A stretch of 64,000 nucleotides of DNA from an uncultured virus (IMG/VR IMGVR_UViG_3300027976_000023). Its lineage: Duplodnaviria > Heunggongvirae > Uroviricota > Caudoviricetes. This document shows positions 18,535 through 28,235 of this stretch, piece after piece. Numbering within the stretch: position 1 is the stretch's first letter; every line of letters starts with the position of its first letter. Location of the stretch: the IMG/VR virus record IMGVR_UViG_3300027976_000023; one strand, 5' to 3'. Position numbers and translations under genes: made by a program. A model generated the notes under the pieces. That model was not told where the DNA came from. It worked only from the letters and a program-made list of their open reading frames with translations, and ran no database searches.

Positions 18535-18720
18535 TTAGCCGAACTTAACCGACCACGTTTTTAACGCACCTACATTTGGGTCTTTTGACAATTTCCAAAT
18601 AACAATCCTTGGGTATTTGCTAAAATACTTTGATTTAGTTATCCAAATTTTAAACCTAAAAATTGTAAAAACCAAATACTCAATTTCCATTCCTTCGTTT
18701 CTTTTTCTGTTGATAATCAT
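18535..18720 (-). CDS. hypothetical protein
   Basis: ORF track; stop directly precedes the palindrome. Confidence 0.55.
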   Translation of the reverse strand: MIINRKRNEGMEIEYLVFTIFRFKIWITKSKYFSKYPRIVIWKLSKDPNVGALKTWSVKFG

Positions 18721-18742
18721 AATTAATTATTTATTTATTTGT

Positions 18743-19231
18743 TTACACTAATTCTTCAACTATACCTATCACTTCACTCAATATAAGCCAGCATACAGCC
18801 CAAAACAAACTAAAGGGTATAATAATATACCCCACTATTCTCACACCACTTTTGATGAAGGATATTATCTGATGTAATTTTTGATCTGGCATCTTAGAAA
18901 TGTTCTCATCCAAATAGTCTGTTTTAAGTGTTGGGTTCATATCCTTATATTCTTCACATAATAATGGATTCTTCCAACCTTTTAATATTTCATAATAAGG
19001 GTTCAATTCTCCTGTTTGTGGATCGTGTGTGGGAATTTCAAACTTTGGTTTCCAATTTATAAACTCCTCACTTTTTAAGTCTGAAGCAATTTCAATATTA
19101 CTTAGTAAAGTACCAATGTCTTCATACCCCTTAACAGGTAAATCCATATATTCTTCAGGTAAATTATCAAAAACCCTTTTAATATCTTCACTAATTAATT
19201 TTAATCTTTTTTTATAACTATTTCTTTTCAT
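18743..19231 (-). CDS. hypothetical protein with C-terminal TM region
   Basis: ORF track. Confidence 0.6.
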   Translation of the reverse strand: MKRNSYKKRLKLISEDIKRVFDNLPEEYMDLPVKGYEDIGTLLSNIEIASDLKSEEFINWKPKFEIPTHDPQTGELNPYYEILKGWKNPLLCEEYKDMNPTLKTDYLDENISKMPDQKLHQIISFIKSGVRIVGYIIIPFSLFWAVCWLILSEVIGIVEELV

Positions 19232-19403
19232 CTTCTTTTATTATAACATACTTGAAATTGATATCTCCATATGTTGTTGTTACTGTCCATTTCATTTCTT
19301 TCTTTTTTTAGATAAATTAAATAATTTAAACCATATACTATTTTCTTTGATAAATTTAATATGTGTGTCTAATCTTTTTTTATATCTTTCACGTGATTCA
19401 TTT

Positions 19404-19721
19404 TTATATGGTAGTGGTGTTTCGTATCCCATCTTTTTCATCTTCCTTTAGTGTTTCTATTAATTCCTTCACAAAACTTATATTATCTCTCATAAGTGCA
19501 CATGTTTCATATAATTCACATTCAGCATATAGTTCCATTACCGCTGTTGTAAACTCTTCCCCATGATACATCATAATAGTATCATAATTCTCTGTTATTA
19601 AATTAAGATATAAACTACGAACTGTTGACTCATTTATCTCAACAACATCATTAATTCGTTCCCTTATCTCTAACATCATTATCCTTATGTTAGTTAGGTG
19701 GTGTTTTATTCTGTAGTCCAT
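19404..19721 (-). CDS. hypothetical protein with UVR-like motif
   Basis: ECELYETCALMRD resembles E.YE.AA.LRD. Confidence 0.55.
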   Translation of the reverse strand: MDYRIKHHLTNIRIMMLEIRERINDVVEINESTVRSLYLNLITENYDTIMMYHGEEFTTAVMELYAECELYETCALMRDNISFVKELIETLKEDEKDGIRNTTTI

Positions 19722-19859
19722 TATTCTTCTTTTAATTTATCTTTTAAATATCGTCTAACAATGGTATAAGATCCTTCACCTCCAACATCTTCATCTATCA
19801 TATACCATCTCGCGATACCTTCTTCAGATAACCAATCAATGAAATCTATTAACTCTTCT

Positions 19860-20249
19860 TCAACCATTTTCGTCTTTTAATGTGGATTGTATTTCAACCA
19901 TTTTTTGTGTCACACTATCAATATCCAAGTGCCCAGCAACCTCAAAATCACCACTGTCATCGGATACCCACGCAACCTCAAACGATGTAGTCCCATTACC
20001 ATACAACCCTGTTCCACCTCCGACAACGGAAATGGAACGACCATTATCAAAAACTAACCTAGCTTGTACACCATCAGTTACAACATGATGTGGACCGAAT
20101 TCTAAATCACTAAACATTTTTATTTCTGGAAATATTATCTTTATTTCCCTATCTGTATGGTAAGCAGTGTTTCTTAATACATCACACTTAGAAGAAATGT
20201 TTTCATCGTTTAGATGTTTTCGAATATTTTTCAAATATCTTTCATTCAT
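19860..20249 (-). CDS. hypothetical phage protein
   Basis: FDNGRSISVV..YG..FEVA motif; promoter at 20254-20285. Confidence 0.65.
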   Translation of the reverse strand: MNERYLKNIRKHLNDENISSKCDVLRNTAYHTDREIKIIFPEIKMFSDLEFGPHHVVTDGVQARLVFDNGRSISVVGGGTGLYGNGTTSFEVAWVSDDSGDFEVAGHLDIDSVTQKMVEIQSTLKDENG

Positions 20250-20289
20250 AATACAAATATACGCATAATAATCTAATTAAACAAATTTT

Positions 20290-20502
20290 CTACATAAAAC
20301 CATGATCTTTTAATTCTTGATTGGTAGCATACCCGAAGGATAAGTTACATTTATCACAAATTTTCTTAGGTGACTTTAATTCTGGTACGAATTTTATAGT
20401 GTATTTAAGGTGGGGACAATCACTTTGTATAACATCCAAAGTTTTCTTTAGTGATTTTATCTCACTCTCTATTTCATCGACATTTTTCTCATTATTTCCC
20501 AA
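20290..20502 (-). CDS. small protein with CxH/CxxC motif
   Basis: CPH..CDKC. Confidence 0.55.
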   Translation of the reverse strand: MGNNEKNVDEIESEIKSLKKTLDVIQSDCPHLKYTIKFVPELKSPKKICDKCNLSFGYATNQELKDHGFM

Positions 20503-20610
20503 AATATTGTTTTTTAATGATTACTCAACTACTGTATAATAAAACCCTGATTTCTAATCAAGTATTTATTAGTTTCCATATAAATATCTGAGAATGAATA
20601 AATGTCTCGA

Positions 20611-21522
20611 CTATTTATTCCTTTCTTTATATAATCTATTCATTCTTTCTCTAGCATGGTCACAATAATCTTCTACCAAATCAATACCAATATATTGTCT
20701 ACCCATCTTAGAACTAGTATATGGTGTGGTTCCTGTTCCAGAAAAATTATCTAACACAATATCATTAGGATCCGAATAAAGATTGATGAAGTATTTAGCA
20801 AACTCTGATGAGAATGTAGCCTCATGACCTTCTACCTTACCATCGTTATTTTTAGCTTCAATGAAGTTATAATACGTTTTAAAGTATCTTTGACCTGTTT
20901 TTGATATAGAAGAAACTTTCTTATTCGCTTTAAACTTTGGTGTCTTAGCAAAGATATATACCATTTCAACTATTCTAGTCATTCTATTAGGGTGACCACT
21001 TAAGGGTACACAATTCTTCTTCTTCCAAGATGCTGTATCATATATCTGTAAGGAAGTGTTCTCAAATACCTCATTAATTAATAGATATGGTAGAGAGGGA
21101 TTGAAGGTGGTATAGCTATAATTAAACACGATAACCCCATCATCAGATAATATTCTCTCATATTCTTTAAAAACAGCAATCAACCATTCCAAATACTCTT
21201 TTACTGGTTGGTTATCTTTAATTATGTCTTTAGCTCCAGGATATTTATGATTATCCTTTCTAATTGACGCTAAGTAAGGTGGTGAAGTTAATATGAGGTT
21301 GATGGATTTATCATCTATCTTTTTCATAGTTTCTACAGTATCACCACAATATATTTCATTTGTAATTAATCCAACATCTGTTGGAGAAGTGTCCTCAAAC
21401 AATTCTTCTATGTCATCAAAGACATCATCAACTAATTGTTCTTCTGTTGTTCCCGTAGTAAACTCTCCAACATCAAATAAAAATGGTTGTTCTTCTACTC
21501 TTTTTCTTTTTGGTATTTTCAT
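20611..21522 (-). CDS. DNA N4-cytosine/N6-adenine methyltransferase, beta class
   Basis: TSPPY before VLDNFSGTGTT; HEATF. Confidence 0.9.
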   Translation of the reverse strand: MKIPKRKRVEEQPFLFDVGEFTTGTTEEQLVDDVFDDIEELFEDTSPTDVGLITNEIYCGDTVETMKKIDDKSINLILTSPPYLASIRKDNHKYPGAKDIIKDNQPVKEYLEWLIAVFKEYERILSDDGVIVFNYSYTTFNPSLPYLLINEVFENTSLQIYDTASWKKKNCVPLSGHPNRMTRIVEMVYIFAKTPKFKANKKVSSISKTGQRYFKTYYNFIEAKNNDGKVEGHEATFSSEFAKYFINLYSDPNDIVLDNFSGTGTTPYTSSKMGRQYIGIDLVEDYCDHARERMNRLYKERNK

Positions 21523-21523
21523 T

Positions 21524-22432
21524 TTATAAAAATGTATGTGTAAATAAATCTAATTGTTCCCCTATCACTGGTTTGATAAGTTTGTTTTCCCCGTAATTCA
21601 TAATTAATAACTCCTTCCCCATATTTTGTTTTTTACCACTTTTAGCTGCAGCAGCTTTAGCAAACTCTTTCATTTCCCACACATACTCATATGGTGGAAA
21701 CCATTGTCTTAATAATGGGAAATCATAATAACTTAAAGAGAACATACCCTTCATATTAAGTAATGTATCCGCCAACCTTTCATGATCACTTCTATCGAAA
21801 TCGTGATTGGAATAGTAATTCTCTGTTTTCCAATAAGGTGGGTCCACATAAAAATATGTTTTTTCTGAATCGTATTTTTCTATCACCTCTTGGAAATCTA
21901 AGTTCTCCACAAATGTGATTTTATCAAAATGTTTTCTATACTCTGGGGTTTTTAATTTATCTAAAAATATCAACACCTTACACCTATACTTACCTTTATA
22001 GTCAATATAAGAAGAAGTCTCTGGTTTAGATCCTGAAAATATTTGTGTTAACACATACACATACTTAGCTGCAATTTCATATTTATTTTCTGGTGTTATA
22101 GTCACACCACTATGAAATACTTCTTTCTGATATTCGTTAAACATCTCACTATACTCTATAGGTGTAACCTCAACCCCAACTTGTTGACAAGGGTATTGAG
22201 ATATTTCAACCCATAACTTATCATATTCCAAACAACAATCAAATAAATTGGCGTTTAAACCATTAAAGTCATTATATACTACGGTATTTAGATTTGGGTA
22301 TTTACTCAAGTCCATTTTAAAGAATACCCAAAACATACCACTAAACGCCTCTACATATGTTTCAATGTCTTTAGGTATGAACGGTACTATCCACTTACTT
22401 ATTCTAGCTTTACCACCAATATAACTTATCAT
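21524..22432 (-). CDS. dam: Dam-like DNA adenine methyltransferase, alpha class
   Basis: SYIGGK, YVEAFSG, VYNDFN, YVDPPY, ELLIMNY. Confidence 0.88.
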   Translation of the reverse strand: MISYIGGKARISKWIVPFIPKDIETYVEAFSGMFWVFFKMDLSKYPNLNTVVYNDFNGLNANLFDCCLEYDKLWVEISQYPCQQVGVEVTPIEYSEMFNEYQKEVFHSGVTITPENKYEIAAKYVYVLTQIFSGSKPETSSYIDYKGKYRCKVLIFLDKLKTPEYRKHFDKITFVENLDFQEVIEKYDSEKTYFYVDPPYWKTENYYSNHDFDRSDHERLADTLLNMKGMFSLSYYDFPLLRQWFPPYEYVWEMKEFAKAAAAKSGKKQNMGKELLIMNYGENKLIKPVIGEQLDLFTHTFL

Positions 22433-22443
22433 TTTATTCTCAA

Positions 22444-23085
22444 TTAATTATTAATTATAGTGATTTTTCTTAAGATAGTCAACACCCTACTAAACCATTT
22501 TACTTCTTGTTTTAACCTAAAAACAATAGTCAGTCTATGATAGTTTTCAAATATAGGTGCGTACTCACCTTTATTAATTACCCATTTAAACTCTAACTCA
22601 TCGTGTGATATAAACCCATCCTTAGAAAATATACCACTGTTTGATTTATAAATATTTTCAAGTAAGGTTTTATTATATTTTCTCCACCACATAGTTTTAG
22701 TAATTTTGTAAATAAATCTATTATATTCGTTACAATCTTTAAACGAATCATAATATGGGTCACCTACACCCCATTTACTTCGGGTGGGCGCAACCTTTAT
22801 AATCGGTTCAGAATATAGTTTAAATTTAACAATGTCTTTCTTACTATATTTTTTGATCTCATATAAAGTACCATCTTTACCCTTAGCATCCGCCTTAGTA
22901 AATCTAGATTCTTCTATTATAGGTCTGAATAGTCTAGGGTTTTTATTTAAACTAAGGAGTTTTTGAACGTTATTTTTTCCAACACCAGTCCATTTAATTC
23001 TTGGTGCTTTTATATAACGTTCAAAACCTTCTTTTTTTCGAACCGTTTGTTCAAAGTCGTAGCCAGTCTTTGCTCTCGCTTGCAT
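22444..23085 (-). CDS. putative PD-(D/E)XK nuclease
   Basis: GYDFE helix followed by AD-x8-EIK. Confidence 0.5.
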   Translation of the reverse strand: MQARAKTGYDFEQTVRKKEGFERYIKAPRIKWTGVGKNNVQKLLSLNKNPRLFRPIIEESRFTKADAKGKDGTLYEIKKYSKKDIVKFKLYSEPIIKVAPTRSKWGVGDPYYDSFKDCNEYNRFIYKITKTMWWRKYNKTLLENIYKSNSGIFSKDGFISHDELEFKWVINKGEYAPIFENYHRLTIVFRLKQEVKWFSRVLTILRKITIINN

Positions 23086-23094
23086 AGAACTTAA

Positions 23095-23292
23095 TTACCC
23101 TAATATATCGCTAGGCTGTCCTTGCCTCTTTATGTGATCTTTAACAATTTCTACTTTCCCTAATAGAAATTGTCTATCTTCTTCTGTAAGACTATTAGTT
23201 TCTGACCATTTCATCCCTAATACACTCATTAGTTCCCAATTCTTGTCTTGGACTGTTAATCCTGCTGATGACGCATCTTTATTTATTTCCAT
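23095..23292 (-). CDS. hypothetical protein
   Basis: ORF track. Confidence 0.6.
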   Translation of the reverse strand: MEINKDASSAGLTVQDKNWELMSVLGMKWSETNSLTEEDRQFLLGKVEIVKDHIKRQGQPSDILG

Positions 23293-23297
23293 TTTTT

Positions 23298-23723
23298 TTA
23301 TTTTGTTGAATCTTCTTGAATTTGTTTTTGTTCTAATAGTGTTACAATACTTTCTTTAATTGAAAGGTAGGTGTTAATATCATACTTACTCAATACACCA
23401 CTAAAAGTAGTAATATCGTGTTGTAAAATACTTACTTTGTCCTTATCCACATCATAAAAAACCTTCGCCAATAAATCTTTTACGACATATTCTTTTTGGT
23501 TATCCTCTAACTGATCGAATATAGGTTCGTTAATTTGTATAATAACATCGTAATCTGTCATAAATTTAACAAATTCTTGTGTCTTATTTACATTACCAAA
23601 CCCCTTTTTTATTCCTTCGTTGGATAGGATTTTTATTTTCACCACTCTAGGTATAGAACTATCTTCAATGTGTCGATTAAATAAAGTTAATGTGTCCTCA
23701 AATACTTCTTCAAATTTTGCCAT
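23298..23723 (-). CDS. putative phage metallopeptidase-like protein lacking HExxH
   Basis: IIQIN..FDQL..QK..HDI..F..V..KY pattern. Confidence 0.5.
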   Translation of the reverse strand: MAKFEEVFEDTLTLFNRHIEDSSIPRVVKIKILSNEGIKKGFGNVNKTQEFVKFMTDYDVIIQINEPIFDQLEDNQKEYVVKDLLAKVFYDVDKDKVSILQHDITTFSGVLSKYDINTYLSIKESIVTLLEQKQIQEDSTK

Positions 23724-23779
23724 ACTTTTTTCTTTTATTTTTTTCTTTAAATATATAGATAATATGTTAAAGAGTCAAA

Positions 23780-24775
23780 TTATAATGATTTAATTATCAC
23801 TTTTTCTTCATCACTAACTTCTTTGGGTACGTCCATCCATACTTCAACAATCATATCACCCTTTTGTCCATCCCTAATAAATCCTTTCTGGGGGACTCTT
23901 AACATACTACCCACTTGTGTACCCTCTTTAACTGTCATTAGTATCTTACCATCGATGGTAGATACCTCAATAGATGCCCCCAACACTAAATCTTTATATA
24001 GTAAGTTAACCCTCTGGTGTATATCTAATCCTGATCTCCTAAACTTATCATGAGATTTTTCAATGATATTTATAAATAGGCTACCGTCAACACCATTTTT
24101 AATCGAATTACCTTTACTAGTAACCCTTAAACTTTCACCATCCATAATACCTTTAGGTATATCGAAAGATAACTGTTCTTCTGTTAACATTACCCCATTG
24201 GCGGAACATCCACCACAAGGTTTTGTGATAACCTGTCCTGAACCACCACATGTAGGACACCCCACTGTGGTTTGCATTCTACCCATAGGTGTTTGTAGTA
24301 TCTGATTAACAACCCCTTGACCATTACAACCATTACAAGTGGTTGAGTCACCACCAGTACCACTACAAGTTTCACACTTTTTATTTCTACGATATTTTAT
24401 CTTTTTATGTGCACCACTATAAATTTCTTCTAATGACATCTGAATGTTTATCCTTATGTCACTACCTTTAACGACAGACCTTCCTCTACCTCTACCACCA
24501 AAGAATTGAGAGTAGATGTCATACATACCACCGCCACCACCAAAGGGGGTTTGTTGACCATTAGGGTCACCAAAGTTATCGTAATTAGATTTTTTCTCTT
24601 TATCTGATAATATCGAATACGCTTCAGCAATCTCCTTGAATTTATTTTCAGCCTCTTCATTATCCGGATTTAAATCTGGGTGATATTTCTTAGATAACCT
24701 TCGATATGATTTTTTTATATCTTTTTCTGAAGAATTTTTATCTACTTCAAGTATTTTATAATAGTCTTTACTCAT
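23780..24775 (-). CDS. dnaJ: DnaJ chaperone
   Basis: J-domain with HPD, four CxxCxGxG-type repeats, C-terminal domain. Confidence 0.95.
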   Translation of the reverse strand: MSKDYYKILEVDKNSSEKDIKKSYRRLSKKYHPDLNPDNEEAENKFKEIAEAYSILSDKEKKSNYDNFGDPNGQQTPFGGGGGMYDIYSQFFGGRGRGRSVVKGSDIRINIQMSLEEIYSGAHKKIKYRRNKKCETCSGTGGDSTTCNGCNGQGVVNQILQTPMGRMQTTVGCPTCGGSGQVITKPCGGCSANGVMLTEEQLSFDIPKGIMDGESLRVTSKGNSIKNGVDGSLFINIIEKSHDKFRRSGLDIHQRVNLLYKDLVLGASIEVSTIDGKILMTVKEGTQVGSMLRVPQKGFIRDGQKGDMIVEVWMDVPKEVSDEEKVIIKSL

Positions 24776-24890
24776 TTTTTTATCTATTGTTTAACTTTAC
24801 CCCATTATTTAGGTACTGTATATTCTTATTTGTTTTGGTTTAATATTTATTTATTACAAATAATACGTATTTTTTATCAAAAAAGAAAGC

Positions 24891-25544
24891 ATGTTATATA
24901 AAATTATCATAACTAAAAATGGTAAACATAAGAAATTAATCTATCAAGGTGGTGATCAAAAACATGCAAAGAAAAAATACTTCACAATAAAAGATAAAAA
25001 TAAAGTACTAACACCAAAGAAAACAAACGCCTATAAGAAAACAAAACCAGTTGTCTATGAGTTACTTTTACTAAAAGAAAAAGAAGTGGATGATTTAAAA
25101 TTTTACGATAAAGATGAATTAGGTAGAAATATAGAAGTGAACATTAAAAGTGACAAATGGAGTATACTACACAAAGATGAATACTTCTATGAAGAGAAGT
25201 TTACTGTCTTTGGTTACGATAAAAGGTTGGAGACAAAAGAAATACTAAAATTAATACTATTAAGAAAACATAAAGGTATTCTACTTAAACAAGTAAATTA
25301 TGTTCTCAATAAAGTTTTAATACATCAAGATGGTGATTTTGATATCATAATATGTAAAACTAAGTCTGACGCTAAAAGATTGTATAAAATATTAGAAAAG
25401 TTTTACGAATCGAATGATAAACTTAAAAATATTTTGTTTACTGGATTAGTAACTGAAAGAAATAGAACTAACCTATATAAAAGGATCGTTGATAAGACTG
25501 GTTGGACTATCAATAGAGTGCATAGATCATCTAGTCGGCCATAA
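24891..25544 (+). CDS. basic hypothetical protein
   Basis: ORF track, 217 aa; ATATTTAT at 24843. Confidence 0.75.
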   Translation: MLYKIIITKNGKHKKLIYQGGDQKHAKKKYFTIKDKNKVLTPKKTNAYKKTKPVVYELLLLKEKEVDDLKFYDKDELGRNIEVNIKSDKWSILHKDEYFYEEKFTVFGYDKRLETKEILKLILLRKHKGILLKQVNYVLNKVLIHQDGDFDIIICKTKSDAKRLYKILEKFYESNDKLKNILFTGLVTERNRTNLYKRIVDKTGWTINRVHRSSSRP

Positions 25545-25545
25545 C

Positions 25546-26019
25546 CTATTCTACACCAACCTGAAATTTATTGGTAATGTCTTCTATCAGATCATTTAAC
25601 TTATCAAATTCACCTTCATCTTCTATAAACACAGGGTTAATACAAGTCACTTTTTCTGATTCTTTAGTTGGTAAAAAGAATAATCTAACGTTATCACCTT
25701 TATTTTCTAAGTATTGTCTCACATTTTCACCATACGTCTTAATCGCATCAGTCATAGTAAATAACTCTTCATTAAGATAAAAAACTAAAATTAATGGTGT
25801 GTAGTTATTGTGTTGGGATTTATATTTTTCTAAAGAGACTGAATCAATATCGTTTTCACTGATGTCATGATCTTTACTCAGTTGATTTTCCTTTTCTAGT
25901 CTTTCTTCTTCACCTGTAACATCGAAACACTCTAAAGAATTTCCATTATCATCGGTTAAGTAAACTAAATATCCCCTCACACCTTTACTCAAACTACAAT
26001 TTTTAGTGACTATTTTCAT
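25546..26019 (-). CDS. hypothetical protein
   Basis: ORF track. Confidence 0.7.
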   Translation of the reverse strand: MKIVTKNCSLSKGVRGYLVYLTDDNGNSLECFDVTGEEERLEKENQLSKDHDISENDIDSVSLEKYKSQHNNYTPLILVFYLNEELFTMTDAIKTYGENVRQYLENKGDNVRLFFLPTKESEKVTCINPVFIEDEGEFDKLNDLIEDITNKFQVGVE

Positions 26020-26090
26020 TTTTTCATTTTATCATATCTTATTATTGGTTTAATATTACTGAAGAAAACCTCAACAGTAAATGTTTACAC

Positions 26091-26130
26091 AAAAAAAAGA
26101 GGATACTTTAATGAAAAAATACCCTCTTTT
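26091..26130 (-). terminator. intrinsic terminator closing the DUF2828-ncRNA unit
   Basis: AAGAGGGTAT..GTATCCTCTT stem plus T-run. Confidence 0.75.
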
Positions 26131-26138
26131 AATGATTC

Positions 26139-26394
26139 GATGTCGGAATGGTGATTCAGTATTTATTTTACGTAGTGACTGTCCCTACGGTAGATTGTTA
26201 ATTCAGTCCCACTGAATGTCTTTATTTTACTTGAGACAAATTCAAGAGGTCTGTTTTATAACCTAAAGGTTGGGACAATCCCATTTAAACCTCACCTATG
26301 GTTAACCCCTTTATGTTCGTTTAGGTAAAGGGGGTAGAAAACCTGTTTCTATTTTTAGTTTGTAGGTTTTTTGCGGAAACCATTCGTTTACATC
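26139..26394 (-). ncRNA. putative structured RNA B (~256 nt), Y-RNA-like end architecture
   Basis: 5' GATGT-AAAC-GAATGGT pairs with 3' ACCATTC-CG-ACATC; about seven internal hairpins. Confidence 0.65.
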
Positions 26395-26401
26395 TAATAC
26401 A

Positions 26402-26556
26402 TTTGTGGTTACGGAATCGGTTTGACACTTTTTCCTAACAGTGATATATATCGTTTTTACAAACGATTTACACCTTTTAAAGTTAGGGGGGTTATCAAAG
26501 CCCCTCTGACCTAGTTTTAAGTTTAATTTGCTGCAATTATTCCTTAAGACCACAAA
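26402..26556 (-). ncRNA. putative structured RNA A (~155 nt), same end motif as RNA B
   Basis: 5' TTTGTGGT..GGAAT pairs with 3' ATTCC..ACCACAAA; ATCGTTT-GTAA-AAACGAT GNRA hairpin. Confidence 0.65.
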
Positions 26557-26575
26557 ATATTTTTCAAAGAACGTC

Positions 26576-27997
26576 TTATATAGTTATTACACTATATCTT
26601 TCATCATTAACAGTATCCATCAATATGGATTCTGGTGTCATATTCTTTCCGCCCAAAATTGATTTCAATATGGATGGACTGAACCCTGATACCAATGCGG
26701 TACCATTTTTATTAAATTCTACTGGGAAATTAGCTCCAGTGGAGTTTAGATTCCAGTATACAATATCTGGTTTTTTATATCCAGCTTCCTCATACATTGT
26801 ATCAATCATAGAATTAGCTCCTATATCACCTCTACGTGTTGCTTCATTAAACTGCATATCTGATAAAATCATTATCTTAGTTGGCATCTTATCCTGTGGG
26901 ATGTCGAATGTTTTAGCTTGATTTAAAATCAAATTAAAAACAGCTTCTAAATCAGTACTCATACCCCAATCAGCTCTCCTAAGTTGTTCTAGTCTTTCAC
27001 TAAGTCCACCAGTTAAGTATTGTAGTTGTGGGGTATTAGAGAAGGTAATAAAAGAGTCTTTGAAGTTACCTTCGTTTCTTTCTGATATGTACATACCTAA
27101 TGAGATTGCAACGTCCATACAACTAAGGTTATCGTTACCACCAGCTGGACAACACATAGATCCTGATACATCCACAACGGGTAGTATTAATTCAGATGAA
27201 TTTTCCATCCAATTGGGAAGAGACTCCCATTGTTTCTGAGAAACAACTTTGTCACCACCATTATTTATACTTTTAATAATATCGTATGGGTAAACTGCAC
27301 CAGCATTAACTTTCGCAGTTCCATCTACTAATGCTTTCTTATATTCCTCATATCTTTCAGTATCATTTTTTACAAATGATTTTTGATATCTAGATGAAGC
27401 TAAAGAAGGTAGTTTCGAATAGTCAATATCCTCCCATTTATTAGAACACATCTTAGATTCTACAACATTAGTTAAGTTAACCAACATCTTTCTATATTCT
27501 TTAGGTGTCATCTTAAAGAGTTTTCTAAGTTTGTTAGACACATCACCTTTTCTTGACATCCATTTTGAACACATCTTAGATTCATTGATTAACGCAGTTT
27601 TAATTAGTGTGAACGCATCGTCCTCTAATTCTGTTCCAATCAACACTAATACATCGTCCCATCTTCCAAATTCAGGAATCAGTCCAATGTTTTTTCTAAC
27701 TGTTTGTGGTGATGTAGTAACTAAGTGAGATAATATATCTCTAAAGATTTGTCTCTCTCCAGCCCCACTTCTAACATCTCGAGTCCAAAACAAAACTTTA
27801 GACGCAACTAATGGGTTTTCTTCGTAAGCTTCGTTAAATAACGAAATAACTTTATCTTTAGACTTACCTCTCATAGCACCTATGGAAAAGAAAAGATCCA
27901 CACAACTGTTCAACGTTGTTGGGTTTGTAACCATACCGTTGTCGGTTAGAGTTACCTTTTCATCTGTTTTTACCATATCTGTTTGTGAAGTATCCAT
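26576..27997 (-). CDS. DUF2828-family (TROVE/Ro60-like) protein with C-terminal vWA domain
   Basis: TDNG..CVDLFF, RDVRSGAGER, GRWDD, KWMSR, VNAGAVYPYDI, MIDAS DVSGS, ILSDMQFN, VYWNL, LVSGFSP. Confidence 0.88.
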   Translation of the reverse strand: MDTSQTDMVKTDEKVTLTDNGMVTNPTTLNSCVDLFFSIGAMRGKSKDKVISLFNEAYEENPLVASKVLFWTRDVRSGAGERQIFRDILSHLVTTSPQTVRKNIGLIPEFGRWDDVLVLIGTELEDDAFTLIKTALINESKMCSKWMSRKGDVSNKLRKLFKMTPKEYRKMLVNLTNVVESKMCSNKWEDIDYSKLPSLASSRYQKSFVKNDTERYEEYKKALVDGTAKVNAGAVYPYDIIKSINNGGDKVVSQKQWESLPNWMENSSELILPVVDVSGSMCCPAGGNDNLSCMDVAISLGMYISERNEGNFKDSFITFSNTPQLQYLTGGLSERLEQLRRADWGMSTDLEAVFNLILNQAKTFDIPQDKMPTKIMILSDMQFNEATRRGDIGANSMIDTMYEEAGYKKPDIVYWNLNSTGANFPVEFNKNGTALVSGFSPSILKSILGGKNMTPESILMDTVNDERYSVITI

Positions 27998-28035
27998 TTC
28001 TTAAGTTGTCTTTTAGTTAATTACGATTACAATTA

Positions 28036-28067
28036 CAAATATAATAACTTTTTACTTAAAAGTCAAA
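28036..28067 (-). promoter_or_regulatory. Bacteroidota-type promoter for the DUF2828 gene
   Basis: TTTG-N20-TATATTTG. Confidence 0.75.
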
Positions 28068-28235
28068 TTTATTTAAATCTTTTTTACTTTTTTTTGTGTT
28101 TAATCGTCCTTGAATAGATATTTTTAGGGGTTTCACTCCTAGAAACGAACCTACCATCAAAGAAACCATCATCGATTTTATCCTTTCGAATGACACCTCT
28201 TTTAACTTTATGTTGATCGTATTTTTTCATAATCA

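Noticed and set aside
26311..26553. 80-aa minus-strand ORF from the track
   Set aside because: GTG start, no recognisable motif, and it overlaps the paired RNA elements; treated as incidental.
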